Source: an uncultured Planctomycetaceae bacterium (GTDB lineage Bacteria; Planctomycetota; Planctomycetia; Planctomycetales; Planctomycetaceae). Taken from it: a stretch of DNA of 64,000 nucleotides. Positions 19,380 through 30,482 of this stretch are shown piece after piece. Where the stretch lies: contig CAWFGE010000020.1 of assembly GCA_963815195.1 (NCBI GenBank), positions 320,001 to 384,000 on the forward strand, given 5' to 3'. Positions within the stretch are counted from its first letter, which is position 1; each line of letters opens with the position of its first letter. Both the position numbers and the translations under genes were made by a program. The notes under the pieces are model-generated. The model did not search any database. It was given only the letters and a program-made list of their open reading frames with translations, and was not told the origin of the DNA.

Positions 19380-22300
19380 ATGCAGATCCGTCCGATATTC
19401 TTGGCCCGTGGTGTTCTGGTTGTTTGTTCCCTGGGACTGCTCGGCGATTTTGCGTGTTCTGCCCCGGCGGCGGAACTCGATCACTCCGAACTTTTAACCT
19501 ACCAGGATGCGAACGGCGAAACGCGGCCCGTCAAATCGGCCAAGGACTGGGCCAAACGCCGGGAGCAAATCCTCGCCGGGATGCAAGAGGCGATGGGCAA
19601 GCTGCCCGACCGCAGCCATCTGCCGGCGTTCGACGCGAAGGTGCTCGCCCGGCAAACGGGCAACGGGTTTGAACGGCAGACGATTTCCTTCGTCGCCGAA
19701 AAAGGCGACCGCATCACCGCGTATTTGTACCTGCCGTTGTCGCGGAAAACCGACGACCGCCGGCCCGCGATGTTGGCGCTGCATCCCACGGGGCCGCAGG
19801 GGAAAGGCATCGTCGCCGGCGAAGGCCCGCTGGCCAACCGCGAGTACGGGCAAGAACTCGCCAAGCGCGGCTACGTCGTGATCTGCCCCGATTACCCGTC
19901 CTTCGGCGATGCCGCGGCTTACGATTTCAATGCTGACAACTACGAATCCGGCACCATGAAGGGCATCTTCAACCACATGCGCTGCGTGGACTATTTGATC
20001 TCCCGCGAGGAAGTCGATCCCGACCGCATCGGCGTCATCGGGCATTCGCTGGGCGGGCACAATGCGCTGTTTGTGGCGGCGTTCGACCCGCGGATCAAGG
20101 CGATCGTTTCCAGTTGCGGTTGGACGCCGTTCCACGATTACTACGGCGGCAAAATCGCCGGCTGGACCAGCGACCGCTACATGCCGCTCCTCAAAACGAA
20201 ATACAGCCTCGATCCCGACAAGGTCCCGTTCGATTTTTACGAAGTCGTGGCCGCGATGGCACCGCGGCCGTTCTTTTCCAATTCGCCGCTGCACGATTCC
20301 AACTTCGATGTGAACGGCGTCAAAAAGACCGAGCCCAAAGCCCGCGAGATTTATAAACTCTTAGGCGCCCCAGATAATCTTGTGTTCCGCTACCCGGATT
20401 GCGAGCACGATTTTCCCACGCCGGTGCGGAACGAAGTGTATGCCTTCCTCGATCGGCACTTCAAATTCTCCCCGGTGACTGGGAAGGACTTCAGTGCGGA
20501 GCTTCCGCGGATTCCGCCCCAATCGCCTAAGGACGCTCTCAGAACCTTCACCGTCTTGAAAGGTTTTCACATCGACCAGACCGCCGCCGAGCCGCTGGTG
20601 AACGATCCGGTGGCGATGGCCTTTGACGAAGACGGCCGCCTCTACGTCGTCGAGATGCGCGGGTATTCCGAGCAGGAGAACGACTTTTTGGGGCAGATTC
20701 GCGTCTTGGAAGACGCCGACGGCGATGGGCATTTCGACAAGAGCCATGTCTTCGCCGACAAACTTTCCTGGCCGACGGCGATTCTCTATTACGACGGCGG
20801 CGTGTTCGTGGCGGCTGCTCCGCATATTTACTATCTGAAAGACACCACCGGCGACGGCCAAGCCAACGAGCGGAAGGTCGTCTTCACCGGCTTCGGCCGC
20901 GGGAACGTGCAGGGGCTCTTGAACAGTTTTCGCTGGGGTCTGGACAACCGCATTCACGGGGCGACCAGCAGCTCCGGCGGCAACATCACCCGGCCCGATC
21001 AGCCCAAAGAACCCGCCGTCAATCTCCGCGGACGGGATTTCTCGTTCGATCCCAAGACCCTCGAAATGCGCCCCGAAAGCGGCGGGGCGCAGCACGGCAT
21101 GGACTTTGACCGTTGGGGCCATAAGTTCGTCTGCTCCAACAGCGACCACATCCAAGCCGTGATGATCGATGAACGCTACCTCGCCCGGAACCCCTACCTC
21201 GCCGTGCCCCGCTCGCGGATCAGCATCGCGGCGGACGGCCCGCAAGCCGAGGTCTATCGCAAAAGCCCCGTCGAGCCCTGGCGGCTCGTCCGCACCCGGC
21301 TCCGCGTCGCGGGTCTGGTGAAAGGTCCCGTCGAAGGCGGCGGACGCGCGGCGGGATACTTCACCGGCTCGACTGGCGTCACCATCTACCGCGGCAACGC
21401 CTGGCCGAAAGAGTATCAAGGTCAAGCCGTGATTGGCGACGTCGGCAGCAACATCATCCACCGCAAAGCCATCGAATGGCACGGCCTCGTTCCGATCGCC
21501 CGCCGGATCGATGAGAATCGCGAGTTCATCGCGTCCACGGACATCTGGTTCCGACCCGTGCAGTTCGCCAACGCTCCCGACGGGGCGCTGCACATTCTCG
21601 ACATGTACCGCGAAGTTATCGAACACCCCAAAAGCCTGCCACCGGAAATCAAAACACATCTCGATTTGACCAGCGGCCGCGACCGGGGCCGGCTGTATCG
21701 CATTCTGCCGGATGGATTCCAACAACCGAAACTCCGCAAACTCAGCACCCTGCCCACCGAGGAACTGGTCGCCGTTTTGGATCACCCCAACGCGTGGCAT
21801 CGGGAGACCGCAGCCCGGTTGCTCTACGAGCGCGGAGAACACACCGCCGTCCTGCCGCTCGCTGAACTCGTCAAGAAGGCCAAAACGCCAGAGGGCCGGA
21901 TGCACGCGCTGTATGTGCTCGCGGGATTAACTGCCCTCGACGAAGCGGAATTGCTGTTGGGATTGAATAACCAGCATCCCCAAGTCCGCCGGCATGCGGT
22001 GCGTTTGACGGAACAGGGCACGCTCAAATCGCCCGCCGTCCGCAAGAAGCTGTTGGAGATGGTCAGCGATCCCAATATCGAAGTGCGGTATCAACTCGCG
22101 CTGACCTTGGGTGATCTCCAATCCCCCCGGACCGCGGAGGCTCTCTCGAAATTGATCGTCCGGGACGTGGGCAGCCAGTGGATGGAGTGGGCGGTGTTGA
22201 GTTCCCTCAGCGAAAACGCGGGCGAGGTGTTTTCGCTGCTCGCCTCTGATGGGAAGTTCGCCAAGGACAAGCCGGGCCTGGCGTTTCTCCAGGAACTCGC

Positions 22301-23384
22301 CACGCTCATCGGCCGCAGTGGCCGGCAGGATGATGTGGCCCATGTGCTCAAATCCATCGAGCCGCTCTCGGCCCAATCGCAAACCACCGCAACCACCGTG
22401 GTGCAAAGCCTCGTGGCGGGGCTCTCCAAATCAAAATCCCAGTTGAAAGGATCCATCTCGACCGGGTCCAAAGCCGGCGAACTGATCGCCTCGCTGATCG
22501 AAAAGTCCCGCAAGCAGGCGAGCGATCCCAAAGCCCCCGCCGATGCCAGAGCCGAGGCGATCCGCACGCTGGCCTTGAGCGACTTCGCCAGCGAGAAAAC
22601 ACACCTCGTGCCTCTCCTGGATTACCGCCAACCGAAGACCGTGCAGTCGGCCGTGGTCTCGGCCCTCGGTCAATTCGCTGCTCCCCAAGTCGCCCCGGTG
22701 CTGCTTGCCCCGTGGTCGCGGTACAGCCCGGAACTTCGCAATCAGGCCCTGTCGGTGTTGCTCACCCGGCCCGCGTGGACGCTCGAACTTTTGGAAGCCG
22801 CGAAGAAAGGCACGATCCCGGCCACGCATCTGTCGCTCCCGCAACTCCGCCTCTTGGCCGACAGCCGGGATAACAAAGTGCAAAGTTTGGCGAAGGAGCT
22901 TTTGGAAGCCCGCAACGTGGGCCGGCGGAGCGATGTCGTCAAAAGCTATCAGAAATCGCTGGCACTTGCGGGCAACGTCGAAACCGGCCGGCAGTTGTTT
23001 AAGAAGAACTGCTCCGCATGCCATCGCGTGGAGAACTTCGGCCGGGAGATCGGCCCGAATCTGGCCGCGATGAAAAATCGAGGCCCCGAGACGATCCTGC
23101 TCAACGTGCTCGATCCCAACCGCGAACTCAACCCGGAGTTCACCGAATACATCGTCGCCACCGAGCAGGGTCAGGTGTTCTCCGGCTTGATCGCCGCCGA
23201 GACCGCCACGAGCATCACGCTGCGTCAAGGCGAGAACAAGGAAGACCGCGTGCTCCTTCGCGTGGACATCGAGGAAATGAAAAACTCCGGCCGGTCTTTG
23301 ATGCCCGAAGGCCTCGAAAAGACCATCGATCAACAAGCGATGGCCGACCTCATCGCGTATTTGACGTCGTTAAAAACGCCATGA
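19380..23384 (+). CDS. Alpha/beta-hydrolase fused to PVC-type heme-binding (beta-propeller, HEAT repeats, cytochrome c) protein
   Basis: GHSLGG nucleophile motif; AEPLVNDPVAMAFDEDGRLYVVEM...; WFRPVQFANAPDGAL; C-terminal CSACH, IGPNL, SLMPEGLE. Confidence 0.88.
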   Translation: MQIRPIFLARGVLVVCSLGLLGDFACSAPAAELDHSELLTYQDANGETRPVKSAKDWAKRREQILAGMQEAMGKLPDRSHLPAFDAKVLARQTGNGFERQTISFVAEKGDRITAYLYLPLSRKTDDRRPAMLALHPTGPQGKGIVAGEGPLANREYGQELAKRGYVVICPDYPSFGDAAAYDFNADNYESGTMKGIFNHMRCVDYLISREEVDPDRIGVIGHSLGGHNALFVAAFDPRIKAIVSSCGWTPFHDYYGGKIAGWTSDRYMPLLKTKYSLDPDKVPFDFYEVVAAMAPRPFFSNSPLHDSNFDVNGVKKTEPKAREIYKLLGAPDNLVFRYPDCEHDFPTPVRNEVYAFLDRHFKFSPVTGKDFSAELPRIPPQSPKDALRTFTVLKGFHIDQTAAEPLVNDPVAMAFDEDGRLYVVEMRGYSEQENDFLGQIRVLEDADGDGHFDKSHVFADKLSWPTAILYYDGGVFVAAAPHIYYLKDTTGDGQANERKVVFTGFGRGNVQGLLNSFRWGLDNRIHGATSSSGGNITRPDQPKEPAVNLRGRDFSFDPKTLEMRPESGGAQHGMDFDRWGHKFVCSNSDHIQAVMIDERYLARNPYLAVPRSRISIAADGPQAEVYRKSPVEPWRLVRTRLRVAGLVKGPVEGGGRAAGYFTGSTGVTIYRGNAWPKEYQGQAVIGDVGSNIIHRKAIEWHGLVPIARRIDENREFIASTDIWFRPVQFANAPDGALHILDMYREVIEHPKSLPPEIKTHLDLTSGRDRGRLYRILPDGFQQPKLRKLSTLPTEELVAVLDHPNAWHRETAARLLYERGEHTAVLPLAELVKKAKTPEGRMHALYVLAGLTALDEAELLLGLNNQHPQVRRHAVRLTEQGTLKSPAVRKKLLEMVSDPNIEVRYQLALTLGDLQSPRTAEALSKLIVRDVGSQWMEWAVLSSLSENAGEVFSLLASDGKFAKDKPGLAFLQELATLIGRSGRQDDVAHVLKSIEPLSAQSQTTATTVVQSLVAGLSKSKSQLKGSISTGSKAGELIASLIEKSRKQASDPKAPADARAEAIRTLALSDFASEKTHLVPLLDYRQPKTVQSAVVSALGQFAAPQVAPVLLAPWSRYSPELRNQALSVLLTRPAWTLELLEAAKKGTIPATHLSLPQLRLLADSRDNKVQSLAKELLEARNVGRRSDVVKSYQKSLALAGNVETGRQLFKKNCSACHRVENFGREIGPNLAAMKNRGPETILLNVLDPNRELNPEFTEYIVATEQGQVFSGLIAAETATSITLRQGENKEDRVLLRVDIEEMKNSGRSLMPEGLEKTIDQQAMADLIAYLTSLKTP

Positions 23385-23528
23385 TTGAGAAGAGGGGAAC
23401 CACGAATCAGACGAATAACACGAATAGTTTTTTAACTCGCGAATTTAGCTTGGAAGGCTTTGAACGGCAGCTCAATTCAACCCTTGGCCTACAACGTGAA
23501 ATCATCGATTTCGTTATCCATAGTTTTC

Positions 23529-23739
23529 GTCTTTACGCCGAAGGCGTTATATCTCAAAGCCCAGGGTCAGCGGCGCAGCCGCGCCACCCTGGGTTTCGAT
23601 GCAAAAATATAGCCATACGCCGAAGGCGTTATACAAAAGACTTGTATAACGCCTTCGGCGTAAGGAATACTTGGGAACCTGATCACCCAGAATGCGCTTC
23701 GCGATTCTGGGCTTTGTGATCTAACCGCTTCGCGGTAAA
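23529..23739. repeat. Multi-palindrome REP-like/MITE-like element, copy 2
   Basis: Reverse-complement relative of 14655-14867 (e.g. CAAAGCCCAGGGTCAGCGGCGCAGCCGCGCCACCCTGGGT). Confidence 0.8.
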
Positions 23740-23806
23740 TACTTCGCGGTCGTACTCCTTTCTCCGTTCCTCGAAAGTTTGCGCCCATAATCACGAGAGG
23801 TGTGTT

Positions 23807-25167
23807 ATGCGATTGACGGTCTTGGCGTTTGCGGCGAGCGTATTTTTGGCTTTGCCGGTGGAGGGCGGTTGGCAGGCGGGGGTGGCGAAAGCCGTCATCA
23901 CGCCGGACAAACCGACGTGGATGTCGGGCTATGCGGGCCGGAATCATCCCGCCGAGGGGACGCTGCATGACCTGTGGGCCAAGGCGTTGGTCTTGGAAGA
24001 TGAAGCCGGCACCCGGGCCGTGCTGATAACCCTCGACCTCGTGGGCATCGATCGGCAGACTTCGCAAACGATTTGCAACGAGATCGAAACCCGCCACAAG
24101 CTGCCGCGGGCCGCGATTGCGATTTGCACGTCCCACACGCACACCGGCCCCGTGGTGGGCACCAACCTGATGTCGATGTACCGGGAGAAACTGGGCGACG
24201 AACAAAAAAAGTCAATTGTCGATTACACCAAGACGCTCACGCAAAAGGTCACGGGCGTCGTGGCCGAGGCGATGAAGAACCTGGCCCCGGCGGAGTTGGC
24301 CGCGGGCAGCGGGCGGGCGACGTTTGCCGTCAACCGCCGCAACAACCGCGAAGCCGATGTCCCCAAGCTTCGCGAAGCCGGCGATCTCAAAGGCCCGATC
24401 GATCATGCCGTGCCGGTGCTCACCGTCCGCGACGGCGGCGGAAAACTCAAAGCGATTGTGGCGGGCTATGCCTGCCATGCGACGGTGTTGTCGTTTTATC
24501 AATGGTCCGGCGACTGGCCCGGCTTTGCCCAGATCGAAATCGAAAAAGACCACCCCGGCGCAGTCGCTCTCTATTGGTGCGGCTGCGGAGCCGATCAGAA
24601 TCCGCTCCCCCGCCGAACCGTCGAGTTGGCCCAGAATTACGGCCGGCAACTCGCGGACGCGGTGAAAGAAGTCGTCGCCGGCAAGATGGCACCGATCGAA
24701 GGTAAGCTGCATCTAAAATACACCGAGATCGATCTGCCGCTCGCCAAGCTGCCCACCGCGGAGGAACTGCAAACAGACACCGAATCCAAAAACGAATACA
24801 TCGCCGCCCGCGCAAAATGCTTTTGGAGCAACTGGCCAAAACCGGCAAGTTGTCCGAGACCTATCCCTATCCGATCCAGCTTTGGGAACTTGGCGATGCG
24901 GTGGATTTTGCGATTTTGGGCGGCGAAGTCGTTGTGGATTATGCGATCCGCCTCAAGACCCTATGGCCCGAAAACAACCTCTGGGTATCGGGCTATGCCA
25001 ACGATGTAATGGCCTACATCCCCTCCCGCCGGGTTCTCAAAGAAGGCGGCTACGAAGGGGCGAGCTCCATGATCTACTACGGCCTCCCCACCGTCTGGTC
25101 CCCGGAAGTTGAAGACATGATCGTCCAGACGCTGTTGACGTTGAAACGACAGAAATCGCAGAAGTAA
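23807..25167 (+). CDS. Neutral/alkaline ceramidase-like secreted protein; frameshift at ~24815
   Basis: WQAGVAKAVITP...MSGYAGR, SHTHTGP, YACHAT, GCGADQNP; second frame GGEVVVDY...GYANDVMAYIPS...EGGYEG. Confidence 0.8.
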
Positions 25168-25179
25168 CGCGAAGGAAAA

Positions 25180-25518
25180 ATGATGACCGAAGCCAAACCC
25201 ATTTCACCCGATGTGGGGACGCGGTTGTTGTTTGAGAACGACCGCGTTCGCGTGTGGGATCTGCGGTTGGAGCCGGGCGAGTCGATCCCGCTGCATCGGC
25301 ACGAGACCGATTATCTGTATGTCGTCATCGGCGACGGCGAGCTGCAAACGGTCTTCGCCGACGGTTCCCGCGATGAGCCGCGAAAAATGCAAGACGGCGA
25401 CGTGCGGTTCCGCAAGGTCGAAGGCGAAGCGGTTCACGAGGCCGTCAACGTCGGCAGCAAACCTTGGCGGAACATTGTGGTGGAACTGAAAGATCCTCGT
25501 CCTCAACAGGAGGCGTGA
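25180..25518 (+). CDS. Cupin domain protein
   Basis: LLFENDRVRVWDLRLEPGE...HRHETDY...HEAVNVG; AAGGA RBS. Confidence 0.85.
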   Translation: MMTEAKPISPDVGTRLLFENDRVRVWDLRLEPGESIPLHRHETDYLYVVIGDGELQTVFADGSRDEPRKMQDGDVRFRKVEGEAVHEAVNVGSKPWRNIVVELKDPRPQQEA

Positions 25519-26666
25519 TGGCTGGCTCTCGGGAATTTGGTTTGCTGTTGATCGCGGGGTCGCATACGCATCAAGAGAATTATGCGCGGGCGTTTGGGGC
25601 GGATCCGCGCTGCCGATTGGTGGGATTGACCGATGAGGCGGAGATTTCGCCCCGGCGGAAGGAACTCAATCAGCGGTTGGCGCGGGAACTTGAGATCCCC
25701 TGGCTGCCGGATTTCGAGGAGGCGGTTTCGCGGAAGGATGTCGATCTGGTGAGCGTCTGCCCAGAACCGGAACGCCGGGCGGATTTGGCGGTTAGGTGTG
25801 CGAAGGCGGGGAAGCATCTTTACGTGGACAAGCCGCTCGCGACGAGTTCCCAAGCGGCCCGGCAAGTCGTGGAAGCGGTTCGGGACGCGAACGTTCACAG
25901 CCAGGTTTTCAGCCTGGTCCGCATGTCGATGGCTCAGCGGGCCAAGGCGATTTTGGAATCCGGGGAACTGGGCGATCTGTTGGGACTGCACTCTGAACTG
26001 TTGTTTGCCAAGGGCATCTCCGGGACGGCGGATTTGTCAAAGCCCCGCCGCGAAACAGCCGAGGCCGGGCGGTTCACGTTTCTGGATTCCAAGCGGGAAC
26101 TCTACTGCGTGGGCTGGTATCCGCTGATTCTGTTTGGGTGGTTGACGGGTTTCCGGTTCACGAGCGTGGCGGGAACGACGGCGAACTATTTCTTTGCCGA
26201 GCATCAGAAAAATGATGTCGAGGATTTCGCCTGCTTAATGCTCGGGATGGAACAGAACATCGAAGCCACGATCACCGTGGGCCGCAGCGGTTGGTCGAGC
26301 CATCCCACGCATGGCGTCCATCAACTGCATCTCGTGGGCACGAAAGGCTCCGTCACGTTGGATGCTTACGAGCCGCGCTTCGAAGTCTGGAGCGATGCCC
26401 CGCCTTGGACGCAGCCGGAAAAACCCCACCCCGAAGACCCGATGGGGTTCTGGTCGAGCACCCAAGCCGAGGGCGGCGTCCGGCCGAAGAAGAACTGGTT
26501 TCCGGTCGATCCTCTGGCGGTTGCCGACGCCGCGTGTTTTCTCGATTGCCTGGAACAAGACCGGGACAGCGATGTGCCCGTGTCCCGCGCAGCCCATGCG
26601 GTCGATGTGATCCTCGCCGGCTACCGCGCCGCCGCTACGGGGGAAACGATCGATTTGGAATCGTAA
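25518..26666 (+). CDS. Gfo/Idh/MocA family oxidoreductase
   Basis: TGATG overlap with the cupin gene, GGAGG RBS; VDLVSVC...AGKHLYVDKPLA. Confidence 0.85.
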   Translation: MAGSREFGLLLIAGSHTHQENYARAFGADPRCRLVGLTDEAEISPRRKELNQRLARELEIPWLPDFEEAVSRKDVDLVSVCPEPERRADLAVRCAKAGKHLYVDKPLATSSQAARQVVEAVRDANVHSQVFSLVRMSMAQRAKAILESGELGDLLGLHSELLFAKGISGTADLSKPRRETAEAGRFTFLDSKRELYCVGWYPLILFGWLTGFRFTSVAGTTANYFFAEHQKNDVEDFACLMLGMEQNIEATITVGRSGWSSHPTHGVHQLHLVGTKGSVTLDAYEPRFEVWSDAPPWTQPEKPHPEDPMGFWSSTQAEGGVRPKKNWFPVDPLAVADAACFLDCLEQDRDSDVPVSRAAHAVDVILAGYRAAATGETIDLES

Positions 26667-26682
26667 TCCAAACGGCGGCGGT

Positions 26683-28215
26683 TCATCTTTGACCGAAGTT
26701 TTCGGCCGGGCTGGATTGGTTCCATTCAGGCGGAACGTTTCGTGCGGCCGGCTCCGAAGGCATTGAGCCTTGGCTTTGCGGTGGAACGGCGGGCGTCACT
26801 GGTCCTGGTTCAGAGAAGGGCGTGCCGGGGGGCGATTCTTGCCAAGTGGGGAACATGGCTCCCGGGCCGGCGGCCATGCCGATCTGGGCCGCCTTTTCGG
26901 CCGCCGACTGCGCGGCCGCCGTCTTCGCCCGATTCGGCACGTCGTGCGTAAAGCTGGCTTGCTCAATCCCGGACGGCGACGAGGCGGACGCCGAAACCGC
27001 CGGCGAAGTTTGCGGCCAGGCTTGGGGCAGCGTATTCCACTCGGGTGCCTCGGCTTTTTGGTTTCCGGCGTTCCATTCCGGCGGCTGCGGCTGTTGATCG
27101 AGCGTGTTCCACTCGGCGTTGATCACGGCCGACGGCGGGACTTGCGACGAGCGGTTCGCCGTCATGCCCGCCGGACGAGGTTGGGGATCCTGATTGCGAT
27201 CCGCCTGTCCCGCGGCGACGAAGGCATCGGTGATTTCCGCTTTGGGAAACGGACGCGGCACGACGCGGACTTCCGTTTCGGTAGGAGACTGTCGGGGATA
27301 ATTCGGCAAACCCGCCCGCGCGCCCGCGATCGACGCGGCCGATTCGGAGCGAAGGCTCGGTTCGCGGTGCCGGCGGTCGGTGAGGTTTTGCAAGCGGGTG
27401 AGTTCCATTTTCTCCTGGAGTGAGTCCAGGTTGTCGGGCGTCAACTGGGCGGTTTGTTTCCCCGTGTCCGCGGAAAGATTCGCCGGCCGGCGCGGTTGGC
27501 GAGCGAAATCGGCGGCGGAATCCGCTCCCCCGGGATCGTTCGGGAACAAACGAGCCAGCGTCGTTTGCGCCTGGCGGGGAGGCATCAGGTTCGACAAAAC
27601 CCGCTCGGCCCGGACGGGATCGGAAAGCAGCGACAAATTTTCCTCGACGTGCGGGTGCTTGGGATCGACATCGAGGGCCCGTTCGAGACAGAGTTGGCTT
27701 TCACGGGCCCGGCCTTGCAGAAAATACGAATAGCCCAAATCGTTGAGCAGGTCGGCATCGGTCGGTTTCCCGCGGAGGGCGATTCGGTAATGTTTCTCCG
27801 CGGCGGAATATTCGCCCGCCCGGTCCGCGAGAATCGCCAGGCGGTGATGGGCTTCCGGATGGTTGGGCTGTTCGGAAAGGACTTGCTCGTAAGCGTGTTT
27901 TGCCTCCAAAACGCGGCCGTGGGCGTCGGCATCATAACCGCGTTTAAGCAGCCGCTCGAGGGACGCGTCGGAACGCCGGGCCTGCTGCAATTCGTCCCCG
28001 TCGCGGCGGCCCGGTTCGGATCCGCGCAACGCGAAAGCTCCGTGGCCGTTTCCCAATCCGGCGGGATCGTCGTTCGAGAACGAAAACGGCGTCTCGAAGC
28101 TTTCCCGGCCGGTCCGCTCGCCGAATTGCTCGCGCCGGTTGAACAGCGGACTCTGGCATCCCCAAACGGGCAAGAGGCCGGCGAACAAACAGAATTGAAT
28201 CAAACGCACCATCAT
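26683..28215 (-). CDS. TPR-containing lipoprotein with low-complexity C-terminus
   Basis: Lipobox-like LPVWGC; TPR region AHHRLAILADRAGEYSAAEKHYRIAL...LLNDLGYSYFLQGR. Confidence 0.75.
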   Translation of the reverse strand: MMVRLIQFCLFAGLLPVWGCQSPLFNRREQFGERTGRESFETPFSFSNDDPAGLGNGHGAFALRGSEPGRRDGDELQQARRSDASLERLLKRGYDADAHGRVLEAKHAYEQVLSEQPNHPEAHHRLAILADRAGEYSAAEKHYRIALRGKPTDADLLNDLGYSYFLQGRARESQLCLERALDVDPKHPHVEENLSLLSDPVRAERVLSNLMPPRQAQTTLARLFPNDPGGADSAADFARQPRRPANLSADTGKQTAQLTPDNLDSLQEKMELTRLQNLTDRRHREPSLRSESAASIAGARAGLPNYPRQSPTETEVRVVPRPFPKAEITDAFVAAGQADRNQDPQPRPAGMTANRSSQVPPSAVINAEWNTLDQQPQPPEWNAGNQKAEAPEWNTLPQAWPQTSPAVSASASSPSGIEQASFTHDVPNRAKTAAAQSAAEKAAQIGMAAGPGAMFPTWQESPPGTPFSEPGPVTPAVPPQSQGSMPSEPAARNVPPEWNQSSPAENFGQR

Positions 28216-28470
28216 GGCAAATCCGCCTTCCGCGCACCATGCCCATCGCCTCAGTGAAGCTGAAGCGCAACGGCACATGGGCACCATGCCGCCCGGTTTT
28301 CGTTCGTCCAAAGGCGAAGAAACAAAGCGGCAAAACGAGAATTGAGGAGTTATTTGGGTGAGAGATTGAGAAGAGCGGGGAAATCTAGCGGCGTTCGGCG
28401 ATTCTGTCGAGATGAGAATTCCCAACTTTTTTGAGCTTGCAGGAGGGGTTTTGTCCAGATCGGACGTTTC

Positions 28471-29650
28471 TCACTGTGCCTCGGCGACCATCAATTGGGT
28501 CCAGGGGCCTTGATTGACGTTGTAATAGATGCGCTTTCCGTCCGCGCTGAAGGCGGGGTGCGGATGGTTGTGCCGCCAGGTCTTGGCTCCCTGCGTGTTG
28601 TCAAAGACATCGAGCACGACGTATTCATCCTTGATCATCGAGCCGACCGCGATTGCCCAATGGCCGGGTTTTCCAAACGGGCGTTTCGTCACGTCCGCAT
28701 CGGTCACGAACACCCGACCGTCCGGCGATACCGAGGGGTGGTTGGAGATGCAGGACCGGGCGTGGCGGGTGGTGTTTCCCGTTTTAAGATCGATCGTGAT
28801 GTTGCCGATCTCAAACAGCGACTTTCCGCCCGGAGTCCAGGAAGGATGTCCCCACTTCTCGAATAGTCGAATCAGCTTGCCCTGTTCGAGATCGTAGACG
28901 ATCTTCCCCGCGCAGGCTGGCCGACTTGGAGCGAAAGTTGTTTCCGCCGCCGGGCCGCGAGAGTTTAAAGAAGACTTTTTTCTCGTCGGCGCTCAGGATG
29001 GGAAAGAAGATGGAGATGTCCTTGGTCCCGAATGTTTCCGCGATCCAATCGCCGTGCTCCCGCACCACGTCCTCGACTTTGACGGCGGTCTTGAGTTCGC
29101 CGGTGACGACATCGACCAGTTCCAGATCACGGTGCGGCCCCGGGTTCCAATGGCAGCCATAGATCGGGGCCAATTTCCCCGTCGGGGAGCCGAACCCCAG
29201 TTGCCGATCTTCCGCGAGAACCCGCTCCTCCCCGGTCGCAATATCCACTGCGATAACCGTCCATCGCCCGTCCCGGCAATCGTGGTACAGCACGATCTTG
29301 CCGCCGTTGCTCCACTGCTGGCAGGCCGCGCGGTGGGCATCTTCGGCGGTGATCTCGCGGGCGATGATCGTTTCCCGCCCGGTCGCGCGTTCCTGAATCC
29401 GAAGATCCCCTTTTTCGCCGTCGCGGGTCCCGGAGGTGTAATACAACACATATTTGCCGTCGGGACTTTCGGGGCTGGTGTTGAAATACGAATGGATGAC
29501 ATGCCGATCCCCCAAGTCCGCCACGGGATGAATCCGCGGCGATTTCCACCCCTGCAAAGCCGGGTCCGACTGGGCCCAGAGCGGCGAGAGAAAGAAGAAA
29601 CTCGCCACTAACGCCGCGGCGATCGGTTTGTGCAGGGCGGTTTTCTGCAT
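28471..29650 (-). CDS. Secreted TolB/oligogalacturonate-lyase-like beta-propeller protein; frameshift at ~28908
   Basis: HSYFNTSPESPDGKYVLY; after a 1-nt shift the frame continues GKIVYDLEQG...NHPSVSPDGRVFVTD...HPHPAFSADGKRIYYN to the stop at 28471. Confidence 0.75.
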
Positions 29651-29739
29651 CGGAGCGGGTACCTTGTGCTGGAATTCGCGGAGGGTGGACATCGCGTGCC
29701 CATTGATTGCCATTTGCAGATTGGCGGGAAATGCCCGCT

Positions 29740-30264
29740 TCACTCTTCCTTCTTTTCAAAGCGATCCAGCCCCGCAAGGTGAGCCAAACGCCTTCCCAGT
29801 TCGTACACTTCCGCGCCACTTCCATCCGCCATGCTCCCAGTGTGCCGATAGACTTTGTGGTAACGGTCGTCTCGGTAGCCTTCGATGGACCAGCAGTCGC
29901 CATCCATCACCGGGCGTGCGGCGTCGCGGGTCGGCTGTTTCCAAAAACCGAATTCCACCCACGCACTCATCTGCTCCCATTGGAGATGCGTGAGGGGCCT
30001 CTCGAGCGTCTGGGCCGGTTCCCAATTTCCTCGCTCGTCCCATCCGAAGACATGGCTTTTAATCTCAGAGCGGTCGCGATAGTGATCAATGCGAACTGTG
30101 AGTTGTTCTCGAACGACGCCGCGTGCCTGCCAGTTCGCAACATAGGACTCGACAATCGCGGTCCGCCGTGCCAAGTTCCGGAACTCGCGAAGAGCCGTGT
30201 CGGCGCTCACGGCGTCGCATTCCTCCCTCCACTGCTTCAAAAGCTCGCGACGCGGATCACCCAT
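29740..30264 (-). CDS. Hypothetical protein
   Basis: 174-aa ORF with GGAGG RBS; DGDCWSIEGY motif; no family recognised. Confidence 0.55.
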   Translation of the reverse strand: MGDPRRELLKQWREECDAVSADTALREFRNLARRTAIVESYVANWQARGVVREQLTVRIDHYRDRSEIKSHVFGWDERGNWEPAQTLERPLTHLQWEQMSAWVEFGFWKQPTRDAARPVMDGDCWSIEGYRDDRYHKVYRHTGSMADGSGAEVYELGRRLAHLAGLDRFEKKEE

Positions 30265-30341
30265 CGTCCCTTCCTCCCACTTTTTGGCGATTCGCAGAGT
30301 CCGCTGTGCAGAGCCTACGGAACTGTGCGGATCCTACGCGG

Positions 30342-30482
30342 TTACCCCTGGCGGTCCAGTTCGGCGAACAGCTCGCGAAGCGGCAGTGCGAAGCCCGGCA
30401 GCACCGAACCGCCGTCGAGCGTGTCGTTCTCGTTTAGGATACCATGATCATCGACATCGGTGTAGACGGTCACGGTCGGCGG
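30342..30482 (-). pseudogene. C-terminal remnant of a Uma2-family (DUF820) endonuclease
   Basis: TVTVYT...LNENDTLDGGSVLPGFALPLRELFAEL is the typical Uma2 C-terminus; no N-terminal part in frame. Confidence 0.7.
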
